A stretch of DNA of 64,000 bases from the NCBI GenBank assembly GCA_016190825.1, contig JACPPV010000014.1:32294-96293 (forward strand), given 5' to 3'. This document shows positions 19,671 to 29,136 of the stretch, in pieces. This DNA is from Chloroflexota bacterium (GTDB lineage: Bacteria > Chloroflexota > Dehalococcoidia > Dehalococcoidales > UBA2162). Position 1 is the first letter of the stretch. Each line of letters opens with the position of its first letter. The notes under the pieces are model-generated. The model did no database searches and was not told the DNA's origin. It saw only the letters and a list, made by a program, of their open reading frames with translations. The translations under genes and the position numbers were made by a program.

Positions 19671-20648
19671 TTGGCGAAGAAGCAGGATACACGGCTTTTT
19701 GCCCTGATCATGTTCCTCATGCTCGCGGCTTTCTTTGCGGACATAATGTTGCCTCTGGGGACCGCCGGAGGCGTGCTTTTCATGGTGCCCGTGGCTTTCG
19801 CTCTCTGGTTTCTGAGGCCGGGCTACACGTGGGCGGTGGCCGGCGTGTCCGCAGTGTTGATCGTACTGGACATTGTTCTTAAGCCGTCCAGTCAGGCACC
19901 ATTCACTTTTGTCATTATCAATCGGGTTTACGCGTTTCTTGCGGTTGGAATCATTGCAGGCATTGGATGGCTCCAGCAAAGACTGCAGAAGCAAAATGAG
20001 AGGCTGGCTGCCCTTTCCGTGCTGGAGGAGCGGGAGCGGCTGTCCCGCGAATTGCATGATGACCTGTCGCAATTGCTGGGGGATATCGGAGCAAGGGCTT
20101 CCGCAGTCTCAGAGTTGTTGGCGCAGGGGCGCAGTGAGGATGCCGGGCGGGAGATGACGAATCTGCGCGATGGTATCGGTCATGCTTATCTGGGTGTGCG
20201 GCAGTACATAACCGGTTTGCGGCTGAACCCGTGGGGTGACCGTGAATTCCTCAAAGCGCTGGAGGATTTTGCTCTCTATTTTGCCCGGCAGGCGGGGCTA
20301 ACGCTTAAACTGGATATGCCGGAGAACAGGGCACAGTTGAGGCTGGCGCCCAACGTTGAGGTACAGGCTATCCGCATTGTTCAGGAGGCGCTGACTAATA
20401 CAATTCACCATGCCAGCGCCAGGAACGTGGGAATCAGGGCGAACCTGGAGGGCGGTTTCGTGCAGATCACGGTCGAAGATGATGGTCAGGGCTTTGATAT
20501 GGCAAATGTTGACTCTAACAGCCACCTCGGGCTTCAGATGATGCGGGAACGAGCCTGGCTGGTTGGCGGACGTTTGACTGTTTCTTCGGCGCCCGGGAAG
20601 GGCACCTTGGTAAAGCTGGCGCTGCCATATCAGGCGAAGGTGAAATAA
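19671..20648 (+). CDS. sensor histidine kinase, HisKA_3 (NarX/DegS-like) class
   Basis: N-terminal TM segments, an H-box (RERLSRELHDDLSQLLG), and an HATPase_c domain (N-box EALTNTIHHA, G-boxes DDGQGF/GLQMMRERA). Start assigned to TTG 19671, with GGGAGGG upstream. ATG 19710 is the alternative. Confidence 0.85.
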   Translation: MAKKQDTRLFALIMFLMLAAFFADIMLPLGTAGGVLFMVPVAFALWFLRPGYTWAVAGVSAVLIVLDIVLKPSSQAPFTFVIINRVYAFLAVGIIAGIGWLQQRLQKQNERLAALSVLEERERLSRELHDDLSQLLGDIGARASAVSELLAQGRSEDAGREMTNLRDGIGHAYLGVRQYITGLRLNPWGDREFLKALEDFALYFARQAGLTLKLDMPENRAQLRLAPNVEVQAIRIVQEALTNTIHHASARNVGIRANLEGGFVQITVEDDGQGFDMANVDSNSHLGLQMMRERAWLVGGRLTVSSAPGKGTLVKLALPYQAKVK

Positions 20649-20671
20649 TGCCGCAGGTTGGGGGAAGAGTC

Positions 20672-21328
20672 ATGCCAATAAAGGTGCTCATTGTTGATGA
20701 TCATCCCGTCTTTCGGAGCGGACTCCGTACCCTGCTTGGTACGCGGGCGGACTTCGAGGTTGTTGGAGAGGCGCATAACGGAGAAGAGGCACTCGTTATG
20801 GCACGTGAGCTGAAGCCTGCCCTAATACTAATGGACATCCGCATGCCCCGCATGAGTGGGCTGGAAGCCGCCCGGCTGATAAAGAAGGAGTTTCCTGAGA
20901 TACGCATCGTGATGCTGACGGTATCTGAGGACGAAGAAGACTTGTTTGAGGCGGTCAAGTCCGGCGCCCAGGGCTATATTGTGAAAAATCTTGCTGCGGG
21001 AGATGTCATGGACCTGATAAAGCAGGCGGGAGAAGGCGAGGCTGCTTTTACTCCGTCACTGGCTTCGCGGATCCTTTTATCGCTCGGTAATCAGAAGCCG
21101 GAGAAGACGGAAAGCCTTACCACGCGGGAACGCGAGGTGCTTGAACAATTGGTCCTCGGCTATCGGAATGCAATTATTGCTAAAAACCTGGGATTGACCG
21201 AAGCCACGGTACGCTTCCATCTCAGCAATATACTATCAAAGCTGCACGCTCACAGCCGGACGGAAGCCGCAGTAAAGGCCTTGCAGCAACGGATTGTACC
21301 TAACCCCGGCCAGAAAGCTGGCGGCTAA
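20672..21328 (+). CDS. NarL/FixJ-family response regulator (REC + LuxR-type HTH)
   Basis: KVLIVDDHP..., a phospho-acceptor D in ILMDIRMP, and a C-terminal LTTREREVLEQLVLGYRNAIIAKNLGLTEATVRFHLSNI. Confidence 0.9.
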   Translation: MPIKVLIVDDHPVFRSGLRTLLGTRADFEVVGEAHNGEEALVMARELKPALILMDIRMPRMSGLEAARLIKKEFPEIRIVMLTVSEDEEDLFEAVKSGAQGYIVKNLAAGDVMDLIKQAGEGEAAFTPSLASRILLSLGNQKPEKTESLTTREREVLEQLVLGYRNAIIAKNLGLTEATVRFHLSNILSKLHAHSRTEAAVKALQQRIVPNPGQKAGG

Positions 21329-21524
21329 CGTGATGTATCGGAAATGCGTTGAATAATTCTCTCTTTTGACTGCGCCGTTTTCACTCCGCTACCTCCGCTA
21401 ATATCTTAGCACAGCAGCAACGGGATTTACTCAGGGGTGTGCGAGCTAGAACTAACAGATCACTTGGTAGTTTTTGGCCGTAAACCCATCCCATCCTTTT
21501 TTCGCGCTTCCTGCTTCTGCTCCC

Positions 21525-22151
21525 CTACTTATCTACTCCCAAGTCTTGCTGCCTGAGAGACTTAAATTTATTCTCCAAAGTAGTCACTTCGATCGTAAAA
21601 TCGCGGTAGCCCCAAAATAGCGATACTAAGAGGACAAGTATGACTAGAGATAAAATCCCCATCTTGACCCATCCGTATGGGGAGAAACTCACCCCAAAGA
21701 GGATGCCTGCGATAATAACCGCGCCAAAATTATTTGCGCACATCTGTTTAAGAACGACCAAACGCTCATAGTTTTGTTTCGCCCAATCGTGGTCGCTTGA
21801 CGCCCACAAAAATTCGAAAGCCCTTTCCCTGAACTCCTTATATATGTCTTCCCTTTTCCTCCAACACCGGCAGAAGATGCTCAATCTTTCCTTGAAGGTG
21901 GCATCATCAAGTGTATGTAGATGAACAGAACCAGACAATCTCTCCAAGCATTCGACGGCGAAACCTGTCACATAGAAAAGGCCGAAAATCGGTATATATA
22001 GGAGCCAATGGAAGTTCTGATCTAGAAGTTGCGGGAAGAATCGATAAAGTGTTACCCAAACAATAGCCGCACCTGGCATTACGAAAGACAGGATATCCCG
22101 CAGCAGGAAATTTGCATACAAATATTTGACGGCGTCACCGAGACCTGTCAT
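21525..22151 (-). CDS. hypothetical 4-TM membrane protein (orphan, AT-rich)
   Basis: 208 aa. Two N-terminal and two C-terminal hydrophobic helices flank a ~70-aa charged, Trp-rich segment. The sequence is visibly AT-richer than its neighbours. Confidence 0.6.
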   Translation of the reverse strand: MTGLGDAVKYLYANFLLRDILSFVMPGAAIVWVTLYRFFPQLLDQNFHWLLYIPIFGLFYVTGFAVECLERLSGSVHLHTLDDATFKERLSIFCRCWRKREDIYKEFRERAFEFLWASSDHDWAKQNYERLVVLKQMCANNFGAVIIAGILFGVSFSPYGWVKMGILSLVILVLLVSLFWGYRDFTIEVTTLENKFKSLRQQDLGVDK

Positions 22152-22163
22152 TCTTTCCTCCTT

Positions 22164-23645
22164 CTAAACCACAGCCCTTCTCTTCCACCACCCCGCCGCC
22201 TGCTCATAGGCGTAGGCGACCTGTAGAATGGTCTCCTCCCCGAATGGTTTGCCGATGATCTGCATTCCGATGGGTAATCCATCGCCCCTCGACTCCGCTC
22301 GGGATGAAGCGAAGCCGGCGGGGATGGAGATGGCCGGCACACCGGCGATGTTAATCGGCAACGTGCAGACATCGCTCAGGTACATCTGGAGGGGGGCGGC
22401 GGTTTTTTCGCCAATCCTGAAGGGAACGGTGGGGGAAGTGGGTGTTATCAGGGCATCGAACTGCTTGAAGGCATTATCGAACTCTTGCCGGATGATGGTG
22501 CGTACCTTCTGCGCCTTTAGGTAGTACGCATCGTAGTAGCCGGCGGAGAGGGCATAGGTGCCGAGCATGATGCGCCGCTTCACCTCGGGACCAAAGCCGT
22601 GCTGGCGGGTCTTCTCCATCGCCTCCCACATGCTGTCGGTCTCTGCATAAGAGTAGCCGTATTTTACGCCATCGTAGCGGGCGAGGTTGGCCGAAGCCTC
22701 GGACGGGGCGATGATGTAGTAAACCGCCAGCGCGTATCGGGTGTGGGGCAGGGATACCTCCCAGCTTACCGTTGCTCCCAGTTCTTCCAGAATCTTGACG
22801 CCTGCCCGGATAGCGTTGTCTACCTCCGGCTGCATCCCCTGGACAAAATACTCTTGCGGGACGCCAAGGCGCACTCCTTCAAGGTTGGGCTTGAGGCATT
22901 TCGTGAAATCCGGTACCGGGTTCGGCGATGACGTGGAGTCCCTGGGGTCGTAGCCGGAGATGGCGTTCATCACCAGGGCGCAATCAGTCACATCCCTGGT
23001 CAGGGGACCTATCTGATCGAGCGAGCTGGCGAAAGCTACCAGCCCGTAGCGGCTGACTCGCCCGTAGGTCGGCTTTAGGCCGACAATGCTGCAAAAGCTG
23101 GCCGGCTGGCGGATGCTGCCGCCGGTATCGGAGCCGAGAGCGTAGACCGTCTCCCCCGCTGCCACCGCCGCTGCTGAGCCGCCGCTCGATCCGCCGGGAA
23201 CACGGGACAGGTCCCACGGATTGTGAGTGACAAATAAAGCAGAGTTTTCTGTTGAGGAGCCCATGGCGAACTCGTCCATATTGGACTTGCCCAGCATGAT
23301 CATCCCGCTTGCTCTCAATCTCTCAACCACGGTGGCGTCATACGGTGGTACGAAATTCTGAAGCATCTTTGACGAGCAGGTGGTGCGCACTCCCCTGGTG
23401 CACATATTGTCCTTGATAAGGCCGGGAACGCCGGTGAGCGGGCCGATATCACCTTTTGCGATTCGCTCATCCGATTCCTTTGCCTGCTCCAGCGCCAGGT
23501 CACCGGTGATGGTGACGAAGGCATGGACTTTGGGCTCGATCTGCTGAATGCGTTCAAGGTAAGACCTGGTCAGCTCTACCGACGATATTTGCTTTGTTCT
23601 CAAAAGTTCATGGGCTTCGTGGATGGTCAGATAATCGACGTTCAA
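22164..23645 (-). CDS. gatA: Asp-tRNA(Asn)/Glu-tRNA(Gln) amidotransferase subunit A
   Basis: Amidase signature [12 protein letters not shown]. Start placed at TTG 23645 ([15 protein letters not shown]), with GAGGAGG upstream. The longer ORF-track N-terminus is Arg/Gly-rich and implausible. Confidence 0.93.
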   Translation of the reverse strand: MNVDYLTIHEAHELLRTKQISSVELTRSYLERIQQIEPKVHAFVTITGDLALEQAKESDERIAKGDIGPLTGVPGLIKDNMCTRGVRTTCSSKMLQNFVPPYDATVVERLRASGMIMLGKSNMDEFAMGSSTENSALFVTHNPWDLSRVPGGSSGGSAAAVAAGETVYALGSDTGGSIRQPASFCSIVGLKPTYGRVSRYGLVAFASSLDQIGPLTRDVTDCALVMNAISGYDPRDSTSSPNPVPDFTKCLKPNLEGVRLGVPQEYFVQGMQPEVDNAIRAGVKILEELGATVSWEVSLPHTRYALAVYYIIAPSEASANLARYDGVKYGYSYAETDSMWEAMEKTRQHGFGPEVKRRIMLGTYALSAGYYDAYYLKAQKVRTIIRQEFDNAFKQFDALITPTSPTVPFRIGEKTAAPLQMYLSDVCTLPINIAGVPAISIPAGFASSRAESRGDGLPIGMQIIGKPFGEETILQVAYAYEQAAGWWKRRAVV

Positions 23646-24283
23646 TCTTCGTCCTCCTCTTCCTTCTGAAAGACGCCCTCCCAGCCCTCTTTCACCAGCC
23701 ATGGTATGAGAGCGAAGGCGGCCACGGGGTCGGCCCACCACCAGCCCAACAGCGCATTGGCTCCCAGCCCGATGAGCAGCGTCAGGTCCTGGAAATCGCA
23801 TGCCAGGCTCTCCTTCGCCTCCGCCCGCAGGGCTTTGGAACCAAGTTTACCGGCGATATTCATCTTGCCGAAAAACAGCCCCGTCATCACCGCGGCGCTG
23901 GCGACCACCAGGATGATGCCTACCAGGCTCTCACGGGGTTCAGTAAACCAGCCCAGGAGAGTGCCGGTAGCCTGAACAGCAATCCAGCCGGACAGGATGA
24001 AAAAGGTTATCCCCACGAGTCTCAGCGCCTTTTCTTCCGCTGCCTCCTCGTGAGCCTGCTCCCGCCACTCCCGGCTCAGGTGCCAGATGAGCACGCCGCC
24101 GGTGAAAAGCTCGATGAGGCTGTCCAGCCCGTAGGCCAGCAAGGCAACGCTGCTCGCGCCTTTCGCCGACCACAGCGCTACACCGGCTTCCAGGACGTTC
24201 CAGAGCTCGCCCGTCCAGACGAGGAGCAGACCCCATCGCCGAAGGCTGGCGCGGTCCAGGACTTTGGCGCGGCTAAGTTCCAT
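23642..24283 (-). CDS. cation-diffusion-facilitator-like membrane protein (TM domain only)
   Basis: 213 aa and about 5-6 [15 protein letters not shown] and [12 protein letters not shown] resemble CDF TM2 and TM5/6 motifs. There is no cytoplasmic C-terminal domain, and the tail is acidic. The family call is tentative. Confidence 0.55.
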   Translation of the reverse strand: MELSRAKVLDRASLRRWGLLLVWTGELWNVLEAGVALWSAKGASSVALLAYGLDSLIELFTGGVLIWHLSREWREQAHEEAAEEKALRLVGITFFILSGWIAVQATGTLLGWFTEPRESLVGIILVVASAAVMTGLFFGKMNIAGKLGSKALRAEAKESLACDFQDLTLLIGLGANALLGWWWADPVAAFALIPWLVKEGWEGVFQKEEEDED

Positions 24284-24295
24284 AGCTTGATGGTC

Positions 24296-24604
24296 CTAAA
24301 GCGCGTACTGTGAGTATTGTTCGAGCACCGCGCGCACACGGATGAAGTCTTCCTCTCTCTGGGGGGCATTGGCCAGTACTTCTTTCGTGGTCAAAGATGG
24401 CGCCACTGCGTCATCCCGCAAGACATTTTGCAGGGCAATGGACTGGGCGGTTGGTGGAACGCCGGTGGTATCAACCTGCTGAAGTGCCCCGAAGTTCTCC
24501 AGGATATTGGATAGCTGCTCGCTCAGGCGGTCAACCTCCTCATCGGTGACTCCGACGCGTGCCAGTATAGCGATGTGAAGCACTTCTTCCCGGCTGAGTT
24601 TCAT
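24296..24604 (-). CDS. gatC: Asp-tRNA(Asn)/Glu-tRNA(Gln) amidotransferase subunit C
   Basis: 102 aa. MKLSREEVLHIAILARVGVTDEEVDRLSEQLSNILENF is typical of GatC. Confidence 0.9.
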   Translation of the reverse strand: MKLSREEVLHIAILARVGVTDEEVDRLSEQLSNILENFGALQQVDTTGVPPTAQSIALQNVLRDDAVAPSLTTKEVLANAPQREEDFIRVRAVLEQYSQYAL

Positions 24605-24748
24605 GGCTTCCTCCGTTGGACCGTGGAATTACGTTTACGAATTATAACACTGCGATCAAGGCAGGGACAATAGAACCCACGGGGTCGTCAGTCTGATGTT
24701 ATTCACAAAAACAGTAAGATACATTGTTTTGATATAGAACTTACGCCT

Positions 24749-24782
24749 GTCATTGCGAGGAACGCAGTGCCGAAGTAATGAC
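24749..24782. repeat. family-B repeat, self-palindromic short copy
   Basis: GTCATTGCGAGGAACGCAGTGCCGAAGTAATGAC. Confidence 0.65.
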
Positions 24783-24876
24783 GGATCATATAACGGTCTT
24801 GTAACTATGCACCAGTGCGAAGGTGAGAAAACGGCAGTCACCTGCTATAATTTATTGAGAAAAGGGAGGAAGCGGC

Positions 24877-25332
24877 ATGGGGCGTCTCGTCTTCAGCATT
24901 TTCACCACGCTTCTTGAGGAAGTTTTTATTGTTGCTCTGGGCCTCATAGGCCTTCCGGCGCTGGGTGTTCATGTGCCCTTGCCCGTTCTTTATGCTCTGA
25001 TGGTTGGATGGGCTGCCAGCTCTGTCGTCACCTATCGCCTTGGTACCCGGGCGCTCGAAAAGAAACCGACTCCCGGTCTGCCGGCCCTGGACGGCTGTGA
25101 CGGCCTGGCGGTGACGCCGCTGGCGGTGGAAGGTATGGTGAGGGTAAAAGGCGAACTCTGGTCTGCGCGCTCAGTAAACGGGATAATAAGAGAGGGCGAG
25201 GCGGTCGAGGTTATGGAGCGGCAGGATATGAAGCTGCTGGTGCGCCGGTGTCAGGGCAAAAAAGAGTCAGAGGCCAATGGACGGCTAGTTCCTGATGGCC
25301 CGTTTCGGGTAGACGAAGGAGACGACCAGTAG
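24877..25332 (+). CDS. NfeD-family membrane protein
   Basis: 151 aa. Two N-terminal TM helices are followed by an OB-fold-like segment (GMVRVKGELWSARSVNGIIREGEAVEV). The 3' end overlaps the convergent gene by 48 nt. Confidence 0.7.
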   Translation: MGRLVFSIFTTLLEEVFIVALGLIGLPALGVHVPLPVLYALMVGWAASSVVTYRLGTRALEKKPTPGLPALDGCDGLAVTPLAVEGMVRVKGELWSARSVNGIIREGEAVEVMERQDMKLLVRRCQGKKESEANGRLVPDGPFRVDEGDDQ

Positions 25333-26496
25333 TACGACGCCAACGAGTAGGGCAGCCAAGCTGAACGCGGTCAGCGGCGCAATCAGATGGTTGATAAGCT
25401 GCGCAACCCATATCTGAAGTGATGCTGGAATCTCCGTTAGCTGTGCGCGTAGCTGTGCTCCCACAAAATATTGTGCGACGAGCAATCCCCCGAATTCGAC
25501 GCTCCCGTAGACTAGAAAGACAATACCCAGCGTGCGACTGGTCCCCCTGACCTGGCGCTGGATAAGTGCGATTCCCGCCGTGAGCAGTAAGATGAGGACG
25601 ATGAGCGTTTTGTAGGCTGATTGAAAATAAGCAATAATCTGCCTCGCCTCGACGAGCCGTGCTTCAGCTTCAGCTATTCCTTCGGTAATCCCCGTTTTCA
25701 GTTCGGGGTTCAGGATTCTCTCATTAAGCTCGATGGTCGGCGGCAACATTGCGCTAAGTCCCCGTTCGAGCTCTGGAAGAAACTGGTTCAGGATCGCCTC
25801 CCTTTCGGCGGGCGGCAGCAGGGACAACTCCGGAGGCGGGTTTGCCAGCACTGTTTCCCGTATGCTTTTCGCCAGGCTTGTTCTCAGGGTATCTGTATTG
25901 ATTACGACTCTGAAGTTGTCGCTCTGACCAAGCAAATAGTCCAGCAGGGGATCCGCGGCGGCATCCAACTGCTCCTTCACCCATGTCTTGAGATCATTGA
26001 CAATCTTCTCAAGTGCCGGCTTTACATATCCTTGAAACTCGGCCGGGATCTGGCCGAATTGTAGCTCTTGAATGAGCAACTGGCTGGCGATGGGGGCAAT
26101 ATCAAGACGGTCGATTACCGAGATAAAGAAATCCTTCTTTATGATGGTGCTCCGCAGGGTGATTGCCAGGTCAGGATTCGGCCTCTTTCCCAGGAGGTAG
26201 TCGTAGGTGGATGTGACCAGGCCGCCCAGCCTTTCTTTGAGAAGCGGCTCAACCTCGGCGATTGTATCGGTGACAGCAGCAGTCATCTCCGGGGATGGGC
26301 CATCAGCAGATGCCCCCGACATTTGCTCGGTAAGCTCATTTAGAAGGGTGCTGATGTCAAGCTCAGCTATTTGCCGGTTGATGAAGGCCGGATTGAGTAC
26401 CGTGCTATTGATGGTAAACGCCAGACCGAAAATAATGAGAAAAAGGGTAAGGAAGAAGGCAAGAATACTGATTGCCAGTCTCTTGAGGAATTTCAA
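25285..26496 (-). CDS. hypothetical membrane protein
   Basis: 403 aa with an N-terminal TM, a long helical extracytoplasmic-looking region, and about 3 C-terminal TM helices. Confidence 0.6.
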   Translation of the reverse strand: MKFLKRLAISILAFFLTLFLIIFGLAFTINSTVLNPAFINRQIAELDISTLLNELTEQMSGASADGPSPEMTAAVTDTIAEVEPLLKERLGGLVTSTYDYLLGKRPNPDLAITLRSTIIKKDFFISVIDRLDIAPIASQLLIQELQFGQIPAEFQGYVKPALEKIVNDLKTWVKEQLDAAADPLLDYLLGQSDNFRVVINTDTLRTSLAKSIRETVLANPPPELSLLPPAEREAILNQFLPELERGLSAMLPPTIELNERILNPELKTGITEGIAEAEARLVEARQIIAYFQSAYKTLIVLILLLTAGIALIQRQVRGTSRTLGIVFLVYGSVEFGGLLVAQYFVGAQLRAQLTEIPASLQIWVAQLINHLIAPLTAFSLAALLVGVVLLVVSFVYPKRAIRN

Positions 26497-26763
26497 CGTC
26501 CGACTTTCTCCCGGGGCCTGTTCAAATCCGGAAAACTTACCATGATCTTCTCAAGGCTCTCCGCCCTGACCTCATGATACATGGCTGATTTGATTGCGTC
26601 AACATTCTCTCATGTCCTGTATGGTCCCGACAGTCTGATTGTAGTTTCATTGACATTTACATAAGTAGGCTTACTAATATACACCCGAGAAGAACAATGC
26701 CATACTTTTCTAGTATACAGGTGTTTGCTAATTAGCGGCGTCGTTGAGCTGGGAGGTGGGAAA

Positions 26764-27798
26764 ATGCGAGCACGATTTATGCTTGCCGGGTTGATCTCTT
26801 CGGTTATCGCTCTTTTTGTCAACATGGAGAGCGCCTATGGCCACGAAAGGTGGTTCATAAAAGGTGGTACGCACGCTGGCGAGCGCCTTCCCCTAGACCT
26901 TACCAGCTGGCTGGTGCTGGCAGGGGTTTCTGTCATGGTCCTAGTCGCGCCGGTTGCTGACAAAATGAACCTGTCACGGAAGCTGGATATTGTATCAGCG
27001 AGGATGCGGCGTGCCTTGCCGGAGCAAATTGAGTGGAGGGTTCTGGGGGGTATAGTTGGAGCGGCGCTGGTCATCAACTCCTTTATGGGCGTCTTCCTTG
27101 CCCCAGAACTGGCTCTCCCGGGTGGCGGCTCAGCAGTTTTTGCCAGGATAGTGCAGGCCGCTATCGGCCTTCTGTTATTCTTCAGGGTGACCTTATCTCT
27201 GGCTGGCATATTGCTCATTGCCACCTTGCCTCTGGCGGCAGCTTATTTTTCTGCGGGCGCGCTGGCGGATTACGTAACTGAATATGCGTCATTGGGTGTC
27301 GCTTTTTTTCTGGTGGGAATCGTGGAACAGCCAAACTGGAGATTCGCAGTGCTCGACCGGATGGGACTGGACCGTTCCCGTTTGGAGAACCTGGCGCTGA
27401 CCGTTGCCCGCGCCGGGATTGGACTGACCTTTATCCTGCTGGCATTGCACAATAAACTGGCGAATCCAGACCTGGCGCTGACGTTCCTGGACGAATACCC
27501 GTTAAATTTCATGCCTCTACTCGGCTTCACCGGCTTTTCGAACTCACATTTTGTATTCGCTACCGGGATAACTGAGGTTGCCGTCGGTTTACTTCTGGCC
27601 TTTGGCGTTGCAACCAGGTTCGTTGCGGCAACGGTGATTGCTCTCATGCTGCTGACGCTTGGTATCCTTGGCCGTTCGGAGCTGGTTGGCCATTTACCAC
27701 TGATTGGAGCGGCTCTTCTTTTCCTTTACAGGGGGGCTGGCCCCCGGCGATTGTCACTGCCGGCGTGGCGGAAGCCCGCTGTTTTCATTTCGAGATGA
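26764..27798 (+). CDS. hypothetical polytopic membrane protein (DoxX-like C-terminal half)
   Basis: Start at ATG 26764, with GGGAGGTGGG upstream. Multiple TM helices. The DoxX-like call is weak. Confidence 0.5.
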   Translation: MRARFMLAGLISSVIALFVNMESAYGHERWFIKGGTHAGERLPLDLTSWLVLAGVSVMVLVAPVADKMNLSRKLDIVSARMRRALPEQIEWRVLGGIVGAALVINSFMGVFLAPELALPGGGSAVFARIVQAAIGLLLFFRVTLSLAGILLIATLPLAAAYFSAGALADYVTEYASLGVAFFLVGIVEQPNWRFAVLDRMGLDRSRLENLALTVARAGIGLTFILLALHNKLANPDLALTFLDEYPLNFMPLLGFTGFSNSHFVFATGITEVAVGLLLAFGVATRFVAATVIALMLLTLGILGRSELVGHLPLIGAALLFLYRGAGPRRLSLPAWRKPAVFISR

Positions 27799-27944
27799 GC
27801 TTTCTTCTCTCGCTCACTCTCACTTTGCCCCGAAAAGATTGAGTGGATGCGCTTTCTCTCCGCTCTCTTGCCATAGCCACCTTATCAGGTTATCATTAGA
27901 AAATATCCGTACTGGCAAAGACAAAGAGAGATGAAGAGGAAGAG

Positions 27945-28535
27945 ATGAATTTTCGAAATTCGCCGGGTTTTAATCTGGGACCGATTGGTCTTCTCATCAT
28001 CACTAATATCGTTTTGTACGTTGCCGTTTCAATCAACCGTAACCTGATTGCCCTGTTCGGCCTGCAGCCGGCTACTATGCTGCAGCACCCGTGGACGATG
28101 GTTACCGCCCTTTTCCTACATGCCCCTTTCCCGAGCATCGGACACATCCTGGGAAACATGTTTACCCTCTATTTCTTTGGTAGCGCCCTTATTCAACTGG
28201 TCAGAGAAAAGAGCTTCCTCATCGTTTATTTCGCCGGGGGGATATTGGGAAATATCCTTTTCTGGTTGCTGGCGCCTCCTTTTTCGATAGCCATCGGAGC
28301 ATCGGGGGCGGTTTTTGCGGTGGGGGGCGCGCTGACAGTGATGCGCCCGCAGCTTAAGGTGATTATCTTTCCCATTCCGGTGCCGATATCTTTGTGGATA
28401 GCTGTTCTTGGCGGCTTCTTATTGCTATCTTTCCTGCCGTTCGTAGCCTGGCAGGGACATCTGGGCGGACTGGTCCTGGGGCTGGCTGCCGGATATGTTT
28501 TCCGGCGGCGGGAGCGCCGCTGGCGCTGGTACTAG
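27945..28535 (+). CDS. rhomboid-family intramembrane serine protease
   Basis: 196 aa and 6 TM, with GASGAVFAVGG (catalytic Ser), a downstream H in HLGGLVLG, and HILGNM. Confidence 0.85.
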   Translation: MNFRNSPGFNLGPIGLLIITNIVLYVAVSINRNLIALFGLQPATMLQHPWTMVTALFLHAPFPSIGHILGNMFTLYFFGSALIQLVREKSFLIVYFAGGILGNILFWLLAPPFSIAIGASGAVFAVGGALTVMRPQLKVIIFPIPVPISLWIAVLGGFLLLSFLPFVAWQGHLGGLVLGLAAGYVFRRRERRWRWY

Positions 28536-28599
28536 CGCCGATGCCCCTTTGGATTCAGTGGACGAAAAGTCGGGCAGGGGTTATAATCACGGGTGAAAT

Positions 28600-29136
28600 A
28601 TGAGCGTTCAGCCCGAACCGCTGGTCCTCGTTCCTCGACAGGAAGTAGCCGCCACCGTCCAGAGGCTGGCGGCGGAAATCAAAAGGGACTACCATGATAA
28701 AGCCCCCGTGCTGGTTGGCGTTCTCAAGGGCTCGTTTATCTTTATGGCTGATCTCATTCGCATGCTTGATTTCCGCCTTACGGTTGAGTTCGTCTCGCTT
28801 TCGAGCTACGGCAAGGGAACCGAGAGCTCTGGTAGGGTGAAGCTGGTGAGGTGCCTTGCCTCCCCGGTCAGGGGACAGGACGTCCTGGTGATCGAGGACA
28901 TTGTTGATACCGGCCTCACCATCGCTTTTCTCCTGGACTATTTGCGGAAGAAAAAACCGGCTTCTTTGAAACTATGCGCTCTTTTGGACAAGCCGGCGCG
29001 GCGCAAGGTTCCGGTGACCATTGACTATCTTGGTCTCACTGTTCCAGATAAGTTTGTGGTAGGCTATGGTCTGGACTGGGATGAAAAATTCCGTCACCTA
29101 CCCGATGTCTGCGTCCTGGAGGGGTCTGAAGATTAG
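28600..29136 (+). CDS. hpt: hypoxanthine phosphoribosyltransferase
   Basis: 178 aa with VLKGSFIFMADL and the PRT motif VLVIEDIVDTGLT. Confidence 0.9.
   Translation: MSVQPEPLVLVPRQEVAATVQRLAAEIKRDYHDKAPVLVGVLKGSFIFMADLIRMLDFRLTVEFVSLSSYGKGTESSGRVKLVRCLASPVRGQDVLVIEDIVDTGLTIAFLLDYLRKKKPASLKLCALLDKPARRKVPVTIDYLGLTVPDKFVVGYGLDWDEKFRHLPDVCVLEGSED

Noticed and set aside
22164-23801. Extended 545-aa form of gatA with an Arg/Gly-rich N-terminus
   Set aside because: The extension overlaps the upstream membrane gene by ~160 nt and has no GatA similarity. TTG 23645, with a strong Shine-Dalgarno, gives the canonical N-terminus.
23594-24313. 239-aa plus-strand ORF
   Set aside because: It is antisense to the CDF-like membrane gene, which has convincing TM periodicity and operon coupling to gatC/gatA.
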